A stretch of DNA of 64,000 nt from Lytechinus pictus (GCF_037042905.1 NC_087248.1:11036001-11100000), one strand, 5' to 3'. Shown: positions 25,471 through 39,000, counted from the stretch's first letter. The notes: generated from the sequence alone by a model not told the origin. Program-made: numbers and translations.

Positions 25471-27397
25471 CCATGTATTAGTCTTGATTCAGGCAATTTT
25501 TATGATTTGTAAAGTTCGTTGAAACTCTGTAACGTTGTGAACGGATATCATCCAAATAAAATAAATGAAAATAATTTTAAAATGTGAAAGGATGAAGGCT
25601 AGCACAATCTTTCTCTTAGGAACATTCAGCCCCCCCCCCCTCCTCAGTTACAAATGTTAATCACGTGTAATCGCCGTGATACAAGGAGAGATGTTTTGGA
25701 AGGTCATGTGTGTGTGAGATATTGCACATGGCATAATGGCGGCATATACGTGTGATACAGGGAATTCTGTACAAGGATGTTTACACTTGTGTGTGAGAAG
25801 GTCTGTGACCGAGATGGTGGCATGGGAATAATGGAGTTAGAGTGGATTAAAAAACTACGTGTGTAAAGCATGGACCTGTACGTTGCAACTGCACATTCGC
25901 TCTGGGGGCTAAATCCCGGGGCTAAATTAAAATAGGGGAATCCCGGTGTGTATAGCTTGATTAGTAATCAATTGTTAAGGCCTACTAAAGTATATTTTGT
26001 TTATTAAAAAATCTAAGAAATCAATGTTTTAATTTGCAATGTTTACGCACAATATATGTATATATGCCCTCTCACAATCACACACATTTAAGATTTTATT
26101 TTTAACAGTAACATACTGATTGTTGTAAAATTAGGATACAAAAATTACTCTACGAGATGTCAGTTATTTTTTTATTTTCTAATGTATAGGCGGAGGGGGG
26201 CGGGTGGGTTCCCTCGGTCCTGCGCGCCCTTGCTCTTAGCAAAAATAAATAAATGGATATTAAAAAAAAAAAATCCTAATTGGAGAAAATTTTCCCCAAA
26301 ACGTACGTATATATCTCCTATCTCCTGAATTACAATAATAATTTCTGCCAATACCTGCAAAGAATCCGTTTACACCCCCCCCCCAAAAAAAACCCTGAAA
26401 ATTGGAGGCCATTTATATGATTGAGCGGAGAGTTGGAAAAAAAATGTTTTCGGTGAGAGACCCCCCCCCCCCCGCTGACTTTTACATCCGTAATCTGCTT
26501 TTTTATGGGAACATTTTTCTAACACTTCGTCTATCATGCCCTGTCATGAGTGAAAATATAGTTCAAACAGGGATATGCAATATCCCTGGTTCAAACATAT
26601 GGACCTTTTAAAGCGTTGACAAAAAGTGACAAAAAAGTCACGCTATTATGGGGCTTTTATACCAATGTAACCCGATATACATGTAAATAAATTAGGTATC
26701 CAATGCGACTGTCAAATTGAATTTACATCTGATTTCAAGGGATCGATGTGCCATAGGCCTATATTGATTTTTTTTACACGGGGAGGGGGCCTACATAGCT
26801 CGTTTACATTTCTCGATTTGACTCCTTTTTCCGCCATGAGTCTCAACTTCCTACATGGGATATTATGGAGGATCGATGGGGTGGCCCTTAATTACCCCTT
26901 TTATATAGCTATCCCAGTAGAGGTCAGGGGTTGGATTCTGAATTAGGGTGGGGGTAAGGGTATCATCATGTAACAACGATCAGACGAGAATACTCACTTG
27001 TTAATTATTATATGAAAAGAGTTGCCCCCTCCTTCGGTGTCTCTGGTCGGTGCCGGTGAGTTTTCCAAAAGAAAAATATTCTGAAGTTTGCTATGGGGAA
27101 CTCTTCGTCAATTTTGAGATATGACATTATTTCACTTATTTCACAAGTCATAATCATGAACATAATACAAACAAATATTACATCAGAAGAATTAACATGA
27201 CGTACAAATAAGACATGGCATCATTTATTTAAATTGAATAATACGGCGAATAGAAACATGAGGGAACCTGCATTAAAAAGCAACGTTTTATTTCTTCAGT
27301 CTGCAGGATCCAAAAAAATATGAACTCTTCATGCAGGACAGCACAATAAAAATGATAATTTGATTACGTAAAGAAATGCCAAAAATATCACAACTGT

Positions 27398-27595
27398 AAA
27401 GAAAGTAATTTACATGGACTTTTTCGGAATAAGGAGGGTGTGAAAAAATAAGTTGTTTCTGTGAAGTTGCCGCGGTGTATACTTCAAAAGATCAATGCAG
27501 AAGGGTGTTGACAACAAAAAGAAAGTAATTTACATGGATTTTTCGGAATAAGGAGGGTGTGAAAGAATTTGTTTCTGTGAAGTTGCCGCGGTGTT
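27398..27595. repeat. Local direct duplication of about 80 bp (period about 120 bp)
   Basis: AAAGAAAGTAATTTACATGGAYTTTTCGGAATAAGGAGGGTGTGAAA...GTTTCTGTGAAGTTGCCGCGGTGT occurs twice. Confidence 0.9.
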
Positions 27596-28427
27596 GACAG
27601 ACATGAAACAGCCTGTCCGATAAGGTCTTGGAAGCCAGACATTCCGTCGTCTTCGGTAGGAACATTTCATGAGATAAAATGAGTCATGTTTTTTTTTTGC
27701 GTTTTCACTTCTGATTGGGTCAAAGCATTCATGTGCTGACCAGTGAAAAGCACCCCTTTCCATTGATCTTTTGAATGATCCCATGATGGGTTAGTGTGTT
27801 CTAGCCTGAATTATATAACACGAGAATACCCCCAGGGATCCCCGAGCTGGTTGTACCCCTGCCTTTCCGTTCCAGGGAATACTCCAGATGGACGAGGGCA
27901 TTTACCACATCAGGTAAGAATCATCCATTACAATTCATAATTATTAATATGTAATTCAAATTTTATTTTCCACTGCGGAAATGTTCAAACCTTATTAATG
28001 TATTTTTATGTTATAGAGAGAGAAATCGAAATAAACATCCCTAAACCTCACTTAAATTATTTTAAATTGCAGTATATACAAATATTAATTTTAAATGTTC
28101 TTAATAACTTGATTCTTTTCCATGAAAACATTTTTTTTTCATACACCGACCCACTCTTTCTAAAAAAAAAAAAAGGGAAGATACGTCCCGGTTTACGTCG
28201 TTATATATAGGCATACAGAGATAAGATCAATGGCTTTTACCGTTATCTGAGATTTTTTTTAATCATGTACGTATATAAAATAAAAAAGAATATATAGGGG
28301 GCGCCGAACCCAAAATCCCAACAATTAACTTAAACTTTTCCTTCAACCCTGCATGATGTCACTCAACACCCCCTCCCCACTCCCCCCCCCCCAAAAAAAA
28401 GATAGCAGTTACCGAGGAAAAAAACAT

Positions 28428-29440
28428 TCATGAGCAAGGTCGACATCCCGTCCTCTTCGTAAGTGGGAACAATTTCACGGGAGAATGCTAATGGTAGAGA
28501 CTGGGAGGTAGTTTTATTTTTCTTGGGGGGGAGGTAAGGCGACCGTAATCAGATCGATAAAAATATCATAACTGTCTCTACCCCCCCCCCCCCTCTTTCC
28601 TTATTTTTACGAGCGTGTAACACCTCAGTCACATTTTGATCTGATTTACGGCGGCCGTACGGTGGTCGAACACAGCCGTTTTATTCATTTCTATTCAAAC
28701 TATTAGTAACCAACCCACCTAGTATGATATAGCTATTTTTTAAAATCTTTAAAACGGCTGTTTTTTTTTATTCACCGTTCTGCCACCATAGAGCAAATGT
28801 GACTGTAGTGTATCTGATATAAAAAGGAAACATTTACAGAAAATAACAGAAAAGGAAGAGGAACAAAAATAACCTATATAAATCCAAACAACTGACTCTT
28901 TTCCTCCATAATGTCCCTCAACGCCCCCACTCCCAAGACAGAGCTCCCTGTCCCTACCAGAGCATTCTCCCATAGCGTATTTCTTTGTTACGTACGAAGA
29001 GGGGGGGGGGGGGGGGGGGGGGAGAGAAAAAGAAATATGAGAACATGATCGAGTAAGGTCGACATTCAGTGGGAACAATAAAGGTGAACATATTCTCGTG
29101 GGAGAATGATCTGGTAAGGACAGCTAGGTGTGGTTTTTTTCTGGGGGCGGTAATAAGATCGAAAAATGAAAAATAAATAATCATCACTATTTTGACTTGG
29201 TCTTCACCCCCCCCAAAAAAAATTTAAGGGGGTTGAGTTGAGCCCCTGTTACCCCCCCCCCCCCTCCCCCGCGTACGCCACTGGAGCCTGCAACAGGCCT
29301 CTACCTCGGTCACATTTGTTTATACGACGGCCGTTTTATTCATTTTTATTCAAACCACGGAGCTATTTAAAATGTTAAGACGGGCGTTTTTTTTTTACTC
29401 GTCGGACGGCCTTTGCATGAGCAAATGTTCTGAGGTAGTA
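28428..29440. repeat. Old diverged tandem duplication (period about 620 bp), each unit carrying a small MITE
   Basis: AAGGTCGACAT...AGTGGGAACAAT...GGGAGAATG...AGATCGA...ACCTCRGTCACATTT...GCCGTTTTATTCATT...GAGCAAATGT occurs at 28428-28810 and 29043-29437. Confidence 0.75.
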
Positions 29441-30245
29441 GGTTGCCAAAATTAAGAGACAGAGCTCATGACATGATTATCAGTTCGATGAATTAGATGT
29501 CAAATATCACCATACTCTAGATCAAATTTAAAGTAACTTAGTAAGGAATCAAATCATAACAATGCAACAATAATCTAACAACAAAAATATCTGCATTCTG
29601 CTCTTCTTCGGGCTTGATGACTTCACAAATAAATGGCACACAAGCAATATCTGAAAACAATTTAAATACTACTTTTCCCTCTCTGTTTTCTCTCATTTCC
29701 TTGACTCACTCACGCTTTCTTTCTGTTCTATCAATGTTCGATGGACGTACATTAAAAGTGACTTTAACTGGGTGGAAATATTTCGGGACCGAGATCATTT
29801 ATTGAATAACGGCGCGGGACAGCGACGTCTTTTACAAGACTATATTTTGGGGTCATCGGACTTACGCGATGCGCCAGCGATCACCTGATATTTTCGCGCA
29901 GCTGTCTCCGTCCCAAACTGTCTGAAACTGGCCGCAAAGCTTTATTGACACAAAGCAGCGCGGACGGAGTCAATGGGGAAATTGAACGTTTTGGGCCAAG
30001 TTTGAACCCTTTTTTTCTAATTTCATTTACATGTTGGAATAACAAGACTTGTCTGAATGGTTTAGTACCACTTATTTTAATCAAGTAAGTGATTTTAATA
30101 TTATAAAACGAAGGAGATTTTTTTTTGTTTGTCTTCATTGGGGTCCCTACTAATGTAATTCCTGTTCGAAGTCGAAGAAACACAAACAATAAAGCCCAAC
30201 TAGGTCAACGTTTCATTCCGAGTTTCAGTGAAGAATATTCGTGCA

Positions 30246-30461
30246 ATGACCACCTCATCGAACGAGTCTTTATTTCGATCTTCTTTCTATCATATCACAG
30301 CCAACAAGCTGGTGTTGTTAGGGGTTCTTTTGCTTGGGATCATCGGGGCATCTATGGCGGCGGAAAAGAAGCGAATGGGTGGGATGACAGGCGTGACGTC
30401 GCTTGATAATGGTTTAGTTAGCGACGAAGAAAAGAATCTAATTCAGGGATTGCTTGATAAG
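30246..30461 (+). CDS. Stefin (cystatin-A/B-like) coding exon 1, with signal-peptide-like N-terminal extension
   Basis: Encodes MTTSSNESLFRSSFYHITANKLVLLGVLLLGIIGASMAAEKKRMGGMTGVTSLDNGLVSDEEKNLIQGLLDK and ends AAG|gcaagt (GC donor, phase 0). Contains the conserved stefin GG and LxDK. In-frame ATGs at 30246, 30354 and 30375; the true start is uncertain. Confidence 0.85.
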
Positions 30462-30519
30462 GCAAGTATACTTTAAAAAAGATAGTGAATTAACATTCCA
30501 ATTCTGGCCGCTCCAACAG

Positions 30520-31458
30520 TAGAGGCGCACGGCCAATATGGGAGACTGTCTCCCGAGAGAGATTATCTTCAATATCAGACTCACAGTCACACTTAGTCTT
30601 AGACAGCTGGCAGCCGTCTGTTTTGAGGAGTTTTTTAACATTTTTTTTTTAAAGTTCTCCTCATACACAGACGGCTCGCTAGCGTGCAGCCACCATTAGG
30701 GGACTTGCAATGCAAAATCCCCCCGTCGGGGCTCTTCAATTTTTGTCTTTAATCAATAAAAATTTTGAAAATTAATGCGACCAAAATGCAAATTGATATT
30801 CCCTCTTGGCATTAATTGCCAAGAAACGGAGAAAAATCGAGTTAAAAGGAACAAAAACAGTGACTTACCTCGGCTGTCGCGCAAATTCACTTCCCCGTTT
30901 TATCCGATCTTAAGTACATAAACATATGGCCATTGAGTCCCCTGTACAGATCGCGCTAGAACTTCGGTCTCTGTATTTGGTGAGTGAAGCCAACGGAGTT
31001 CAGCTGAACAACCAACATAACAGAGACCGAAGCTTTTGGTCTAACTCACACTCACAGACTTGTTGTATTTGTAAATAATTTGGGTATCCAATTTCAGAGA
31101 CGGTCTCCAGTTTGGGAGACCAATTTCCTTTGTTTACATTTGCTGCAAAAGGTTTACCTCGGCGGCAAATAAAAATGTGATTGGCAGATTCCTCATGAAA
31201 AATTACCCCTTTTCACCGTTACTTTAAAAATTCACTGTCTACTTTTGAGTTTTGTTTTGATAAGGATTTTTGTTGTCATCCACACACAAAACAAATGGGC
31301 TTCTGACCTAAGACTTAACTAAGTGAGACAAAATTTTGGGTGGAAAAATAACGCTTTTGTTGGTGTTGTTTCCTTTGTTCTTTTGCAAAGCAAGTCTCCA
31401 ATATGGGAGATTGTCTCCCCTATTGGAGAGAGTCTCCCATATTTGCCGTGCGCCTCTA
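30520..31458. mobile_element. Non-autonomous hAT-like element in stefin intron 1
   Basis: TIR TAGAGGCGCACGGCMAATATGGGAGAC; 8-bp flanks TCCAACAG / TCCAATAC (degenerate TSD); repeated GGGAGAC/GTCTCCC subterminal motifs. Confidence 0.8.
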
Positions 31459-31776
31459 TCCAATACTAAGTAATTTCTTCAACTTTTTTTTTGTTTTTAG
31501 TCAATTAAAATCATTGAAAATTGGTACAGTAATGTACTACCAACTGATCAAGGACTTTTCATTGATTGAAAACTAAATTCTGCGTGTGTGTGTTTAATGT
31601 ACGGTAGACCCCAATGGAGTTTTGTAACAATCAGAAATGATTATTTACATCTGGGACCAACCTTCCAAAAAAAAAAAAGATGTGATATTAAGGGGGGCAT
31701 TATTTTTTGTCTGACAACAAGTTGTCAGATCCGACAACAACTTTCCTTGATTTTGATTGGCTTTAAAAAAAATTAA

Positions 31777-32385
31777 AGCTCAAGTCCACCCCAGCAAAAT
31801 GTTGATTTGAATAAATAGAGAAAAATCAAACTAGCATAACACCGAAAATTTCATCAAAATCGGATGTAAAATAAGAAAGTAATGGCATTTTAAGATTTCG
31901 CTTATTTTTCACAAAACAGTGATATGCACAACTCAGTGACATGCAAATGAGTCAGTCGATGATGTCCATCACTCACTATTTCTTTTGTTCTTTATTGTTT
32001 GAATTATACAATATTTCAATTTTTACAGATTTGACCATATAGGGACCGACTTGACTGAACCATATAGTATTAAACAATGCTAATTCCACATGTATAGAGA
32101 GGAATTAATCACTGTTTCACTTGACAATAAGGAGAAAATTTGAATATTTCATATTTCATATAATAAAATACAAAAGAAAAAGTGAGTGGATGACGTCATC
32201 AGTCTCCTCATTTGCATACCGACCAGGATGTGCATATATATAACTGTTTTGTGAAAATAAGCAAATCTTCAAAATGTCAAAACTTTCTTATTTTACATCC
32301 GATTTTGATGAAATTTTCAGTGTTATTCTTGTTGGATTTTTCTCTTTTTATTCAAATTATTTGTTTGTTGGGGTGGACTTGTCCT
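31777..32385. mobile_element. TTAA-flanked long-TIR MITE (Kolobok-like termini) nested in a GGGAGCGTTTCAT MITE
   Basis: ttaa|AGCTCAAGTCCACCCC...GGGGTGGACTTGTCCT|ttaa with imperfect arms over 150 bp (GAAAATTTCATCAAAATCGGATGTAAAATAAGAAAGT and its reverse complement). Confidence 0.85.
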
Positions 32386-32989
32386 TTAATAGCCAAGATC
32401 AAGGCTTAGGTTCGGCAGTGTTAGTGTTACTAACTACGACTATGTAAACTGTCGGATAAAACGTGCGACAAGTCCTTTCATGAAACGCTCCCCAGGCATG
32501 CCAGGGCTAGAGTCTGTTTTACATGTATGTACAGTGTAGATCTACCCTGTTCTCATAACTAGTTTACTGAAACCGGTTAAGGAAACCAGTTTGGAAAAAA
32601 ACACTTGACGTAAAGCGATCTTGACTTGTTGCTCCGGGAACGCTCTCAGTGGGATGACATGTTTCGCGCGAAATTCAAAACACAGACCCGCAGTGTAAAC
32701 ATTCTACACACAGTATGTTGAGTAGCGCACTCAAAATGTGTGAAAATTGCTTCCTGAGGAATGCTTGTCACCTCACTTACACTGAAACCAGTTTAATGAG
32801 TCAGAATGTTCTTGAAAACTACATCGCGAGGTGGTTTTCCGAACCGGTTTGGAAGATACATGTAGCTTCCAAGACCACTTCGGCGGTTCTCATTACTAGT
32901 TTCCATGATTAGTTTCCACTTTCCAGTAAAACTAGTTTTATAATGGTAATGAGAACGGGGTCTAAGTCTGCTAAAATAATGAGAAGCCA

Positions 32990-33170
32990 AACCAGTGTGT
33001 TGGCTCAGTTGGTAGAGTGTCCATCTCACAAAAGTGCAACCGCCAACCGGGAGGTCAGTCCCCGGCTGCATCAGACCAAAAAGACGTTAAAAGATGGGAT
33101 GGGACCTGTTTCACATCCAATAAATTTCTGGCACTGCACAGTGGCTGCCAGGCCCACAATCAATTGGGCA
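32990..33170 (+). mobile_element. Degenerate tRNA-derived SINE
   Basis: A box TGGCTCAGTTGGTAG, damaged B box, then TCAGACCAAAAAGACGTTAAAAGATGGGA body. Confidence 0.6.
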
Positions 33171-34944
33171 AAATTAATTTTGGAAGTATTTCTCAACATT
33201 GTGATAGGATTATTTAAGATACATGTAGATTTCAATAAAATATTTTTTTAATAAAACATAGATTTTCGTATTAGAGCATCGTTGCACTCAATGCATTGTA
33301 CACATATGTACAGTATTTGTGCATTTCTCTTGTTAATTTCATTTGCTTTTAGAAACTGGATTGTAAAATTGACTACAACTAATATTAAAGACAATATGGC
33401 ACTCACACTTGAACCATATAGCCTACATACATGTTTGGGACATGGTTTAAGCAGTGACTTTCCCTTGTTTTAAGTCATAAATACTAGTTTAGAATACAGA
33501 CCAAATAGTCTATATCAAATTACTCAGGGAAGTATACAGGGGCAAAAATTACATGGGGGCTGGGGATAATTTACCCCCCCCCCCCCCCAACAAAAATAAA
33601 TAAATAAATAAAAATGAGAGCACTGAAAATTCCCATTCATCGCAATGTGAAAGCTTATTCAATGTTGCAGATTTAGGCAGTACGGTAAGTTGTGAAAAGT
33701 AGCCTCCAAATATAAACAAGAAAAATAATATTTTGCCTGACTGTACTGCATGTACATGTACATGATCTACTATGGATATAGGGTATTGTTTTTCAGTATC
33801 ATTCTCTTTCTAATCATTCAATTTGATCCAAGATAAAGAGTAATGGCAAAATGTGAGCATGATATAACTTAGACAAGTACATGTTACTGTACCTGTATGG
33901 ATTAAACAGCACACACTATACGTGTACATATGAATTTGCACTGCGATGAAAAAAAAATATATAAATCACTGCTCAAAAGTGTAAATTTCCAACCTTTTGC
34001 TATGTTATTTTATTATTTATTATTATCATTATCATCATCACCATTATCATTATTAATTTATTATCATCATCATCATCTTTATTACCGGTATTAGTATTAA
34101 AGAAAATTAATGATTGACGCATTTTCAGGAGTAAAAACAGATTTAAATCTTGACCTAATGAAAGCTTTGTACCGCTATATGGGTAGTATAATATAAAAGG
34201 AAGTATATTAATGACTTTGTGATGATCTTCCATAGACCATTGACTTCAATCACCAGTACATTTAGCTGTAAGGTCACCATCTGTTCATTAACATTATTCT
34301 CCTATCTTCCCCAAATTGACAATTGAGATAGCACAGACACAGTATAGTCGGATCATTCTTGTGCAATAAAATATATTTGTATGCACCTTGATGCAAGCTT
34401 CTATTTCATTCTACTTGTACTTTTGTACCCTATAATTTGCTTTCAAGAAATTCATGAAATTATTGTTTACACGTACACTGTGCTCATGACATTTATATTT
34501 TTCTTATTCATGTGGGGATAACCTCAATTTAAATAGCACGGTGCTTTAATATTAGCTCCAATTACCAAAATTATGGGTGTATTATTATGTGATGTACACT
34601 GTACATCACATACAATCATATGAATGCATTTGACATGAAGATATTGTGATAACATTTATTTGATTCTCTTCAGTTTCATGCTTTGAGATTGATTTTGAGA
34701 TGGTGGTCTCCATTTAATTTCATAATTAATTCTGTTATTCTCAGTATAAATGACAAACAATGTCTTCATTAGGATTTCGGATTACTACTTTGTTGTCTGA
34801 TATTGACACAAAAGGTGAACAACCTTTTGTAAATTGTTTATTGATAATCATCAGTAAATCATAATCAATAATGAATTAAATTTTAGCTTGAGTTGATGGT
34901 CTCAACAGGCCTGCATTTTTTTCATAAATTCATGTACTTACATT

Positions 34945-35245
34945 GGCCCGTATTCTGAAGTCGGTTTAACTTAATAAACTTGGGTTTAAAGTTGTGGTTT
35001 AAGTATGGACAGCCAATTGTTACATAAATCACTAACAGTATAGTTAATATTTAAGCTCATTTGGCTCTCAAATCATTCATAATTGTGTAGGAAGTATAAA
35101 TGAATGATTGTCTTCACAATCGATGAATCAGGAAAGAGCACAGTAAACATAAGAAACATACAAATTTTGACACTTTTGGCTTCCCATAATTTTAGCACAG
35201 AGTTAGACCACAGTCTAAGTCAAACTTGACTTCAGAATACGGGCC
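34945..35245. mobile_element. MITE with GGCCCGTATTCTGAAGTC TIRs and ATT flanks; partial copy at about 46498-46705
   Basis: att|GGCCCGTATTCTGAAGTC...GACTTCAGAATACGGGCC|att. Confidence 0.85.
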
Positions 35246-35439
35246 ATTGTATTGGGGGGGTTACAAAAAAAAATGTCTACAATTATTGATAACACCATTT
35301 GTTTTCTGATTATTGTTAACCTTTTCTTCTTTGATTGTAAATGGTTGTAAAATGTGTATGTATGGAGGTAACCCCAAGATGTAACCATAGAGCTATGATG
35401 TAACCAAGCCAACCCCAAATCTCTATTGTTTCCATGCAG

Positions 35440-35541
35440 GTAAAGCCCGATGCAGAGCTAGAGGCAAGAAGGAAATTCGAGGAATTGACACCTGTAGCCT
35501 ATGCAACCCAACTTGTGAATGGAGTCAACTATTTCATAAAG
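35440..35541 (+). CDS. Stefin coding exon 2
   Basis: cag|VKPDAELEARRKFEELTPVAYATQLVNGVNYFIK|gtatgt. 102 nt, with the QxVxG motif (QLVNG) and NYFIK. Confidence 0.96.
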
Positions 35542-36073
35542 GTATGTGTCAAACATGTATATAGGAATGATTATGAAGTATAAAAAAAAACAGATGGCAA
35601 CATTTTTTTATGAAAGACATTGCCGAATCAGAAATTTCGATTTTTTTTTTCTCACCAAAGCCCTGTCCTATAACATAAAACTTTGTGATTTATCTTGGCA
35701 CTGACTTCTACATGTACATTTGAGGGTGCATTAGATCTGTGATCAATCATAAAGATTAGCCGCATTACATGTATAACTTCAAGTTTATGTTTCGGAGCCT
35801 CAGAGAGATTAAGGGGTACTCGAGATGAAAATAATAGCTGCATGTATTAAATAAAATTCAACAAGCAAAATGCAGAGAACTTCATCAAAAGCTGATGAAA
35901 TATAATGAAGTTTGATATGAGATTTTAAAGTTCAGCAATATTTTGTGAAAATAGTTATATGCCATCTTGAATAATGTACGGTACATGTATGTCTATTTTA
36001 TGTGGGCTGATGGTGTCGAGTCCCCCCTTCCAGTTTTCTTTTAAATTTTACATAAAATCATAATTGTTTCTTC

Positions 36074-39000
36074 TAGTAGACTTGTTAAGAGGTTGAACGC
36101 TGCATTTTTTAGTACAAATGTCCCACTTGGCACAAATGTTCTTTGAGTCAAAAGAAAAAGATTTATCCAAAGAGACACGCTGTATCTATGCAAATAAGCA
36201 AGTAATTTGCATAAATTTGCATATTATGTCGATATAGTAAAAACAAGTATTTCAGAATATATATTTAACCAGAACTGCCCTAAAATTGGAAATAAAGAGT
36301 TAGGGTAAGAAAGGGAAGAAAATTGTCATAAAATAATTGGGATATCCTTGTATATTATTACCTAATTTACATAAATTATGCAAATTATAATTTAAAACAG
36401 AGTATTGTTCCATGAATCCTGAATTGTTTTATAAATAACAGCAATTAATACACAATGTCTACATTCTACATGAAAGAGAATATATTAGCGAAAATATCGA
36501 TATGCTTCATGACAGTATTAGTGTCTTAATTTGCTTAGAAAGAGGGCAAATATGTCAAAATGTATGACGTGATATTGCGCTAAAACGAGACCAAAACAAG
36601 CTCTATGTCACAGTCACACTCACGAATCGAACAATAAAGCGATCAATGGTACGTCATTCGAAATAACACAATCCCAACACAATAGCTTCCATCGGCTTCT
36701 CGCATCGCTTTTGTTGGTGTGTCTGCCACACCGTAATCTATGATACATACGGACAAAATGCATTTCGGTATCGGTAAAACACTATTAATTTTGTTTTATT
36801 TGTTTCTAATTTGTTTCTCTTGGAAAATTTACAGGAGACATTGCTTTGCAGGTTACTGCTTTAATGAAACTCTGGCACATGAATCATGACGAATGTATCC
36901 TACCTCAATCCATATTTTAACTTTATTAAAATATATATCTTTTGGAGACCCCGAAGTGGCAAAACTGCATCCCCCTGGCATTCCCGCCACTTTATAAAAC
37001 CAGTTTGACTTGTTTAATCGACTTGGAAAAGACAGACAGTTCTCCTCTTGAAAAAAAAAAAACATAGAAGGCATCGTTTTATATCTCATAAAATAAGTTC
37101 GTGTACGTGACGGTGGCCCGTCGAAGTTGCCCAACCCTTTATTTTGTTTTGACAATATATATTTAGAATATCGTCTAAATGAAGCCCTCATCTGGAAAGG
37201 GCACTTATTAAAGGCAGCATCTACATTATATAGAGGAGGCTCTGGCACTGGGAAGAAGGGGCTGAAGCTTGTTAAATTTCTTGGGACCAACATTTTACAT
37301 TGAACCTTTTTTGCTTTTCAAATTTACATCAAGAAATTTAACAAGCAAATAAACAAAATGGATTGCACTAAAAAATGATGTTTTTTGGTAACGTTTCTTT
37401 TTTTTCGTTTTGTCACATCTGCCGGAATTCCAGGGGGTGCTGTCTATGGATAATAACACACGCAGCACACCCCCCCCCCTTCCGGAAAATCTTGCGGGTG
37501 CTTCAGCCCCGCTTCCAAGTACCAGGGCCTCCTCTATATAATGTAGATGCTGCCTTTAATAAGTGCCCTTTTCCAGATGAGGGCTTCATTTAGACGATAT
37601 TCTAAATATATCTTGTCAAAACAAAATAAAGGGTTGGGCAACTTCGACAGGCCACCGTCATGTACAAGAACTTATTTTATGCGATATAAAACAATGCCTT
37701 CTATGTTTTTTTTTTTCAAGAGGAGAAAGTAAAGAGGCTTCACTGTGTGTAGTAGAAATGTATCTTTCTTCCGAATGGGCTCTAAAAATATTTAAATTTA
37801 ACATAGAGTGGAATCAAAAAAGGGGTTTGAGTATTTTAGAGCTTACGTGTGGCTTTTCTTCAATGTACCACATCTCTTCTACATGTCAATTGTAGATTAT
37901 TTTCTCCTCAATATATTCCAAGATATCAATACAAACAAAAGTAATCTTTTAAGAGTTCTAAAGACAATAAACTATTTTTGAATACATAGAACCAAAAGGG
38001 AAAGTGTATCCTATAGGCATGCTCCTGTTGGGTTATAGCCTTTACTGTGCTAGAGCATTATTACAAACTGCAGAACAACAACAATAATAATAATAATAAT
38101 AATATTAATAATAATAATAATATTAATATAGATAAATATGAAACGAAGATATAAAAGTTGCTTTATTATACCAAAAACGCAATTTGCCTTGCCGGTGGCT
38201 TTAAAACACGATATTTTTTATTTAGTGTCGAAATACAGAGAGGGGATGGGGTAAATTCGGAGGGCTCCCGTGGACATAGGCTTAAATAAACAAAAAAAAA
38301 CTATCTTCAGGAAACATGTTAACTGATGTCTCATACATCTGTCTTTTCCATGTCGATAATACAAGTCAAACTGGTTTTGTAAAGTAGCGGGAATGCCGCG
38401 GGGAATGCAGTTTTGCCACTTCGGGGTCTCCAAAAGATATATATTTTAACAAAGTTAAAATATGGATTGAGGTGGGGGTACATTCGTCATGATTCATGTG
38501 CCAGAGCTTCATTAAAGCAGTAACCTGCAAAGCAATGTCTCCTGTAAATTTTCCAAGAGAAACAAATAAAACAAAATTAATAGTGTTTTACCGATACCGA
38601 AATGCATTTTGCCCGTATATACCATAGATTACGGTGTGGCGGACACATCAACAAAAGCGATACGAGAAGCCGATGGAAGCTATTGTGTTGGGATTGTGTT
38701 ATTTCAAATGACGTACCATTGATCGCTTTATTGTTCGATTCGTGAGTGTGACTGTGACATAGAGCTTGTTTTGGTCTCGTTTTAGCGCAATATCACGTCA
38801 TACATTTTGACATATTTGCCCTCTTTCTAAGCAAATTAAGACACTAATACTGTCATGAAGCATATCGATGTTTTCGCTAATATATTGTCTTTCATGTAGA
38901 ATGTTGACATTGTGTATTAATTGCTGTTATTTATAAAACAGTTCAGGATTCATGAAAAAAATACTGTGTTATAAATTATAATTTGCATAATTCATGTAAA

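Noticed and set aside
36853-38433. ORFs with duplicated peptides (QMRASFRRYSKY...)
   Set aside because: Artefacts of the inverted repeats; no transposase motifs.
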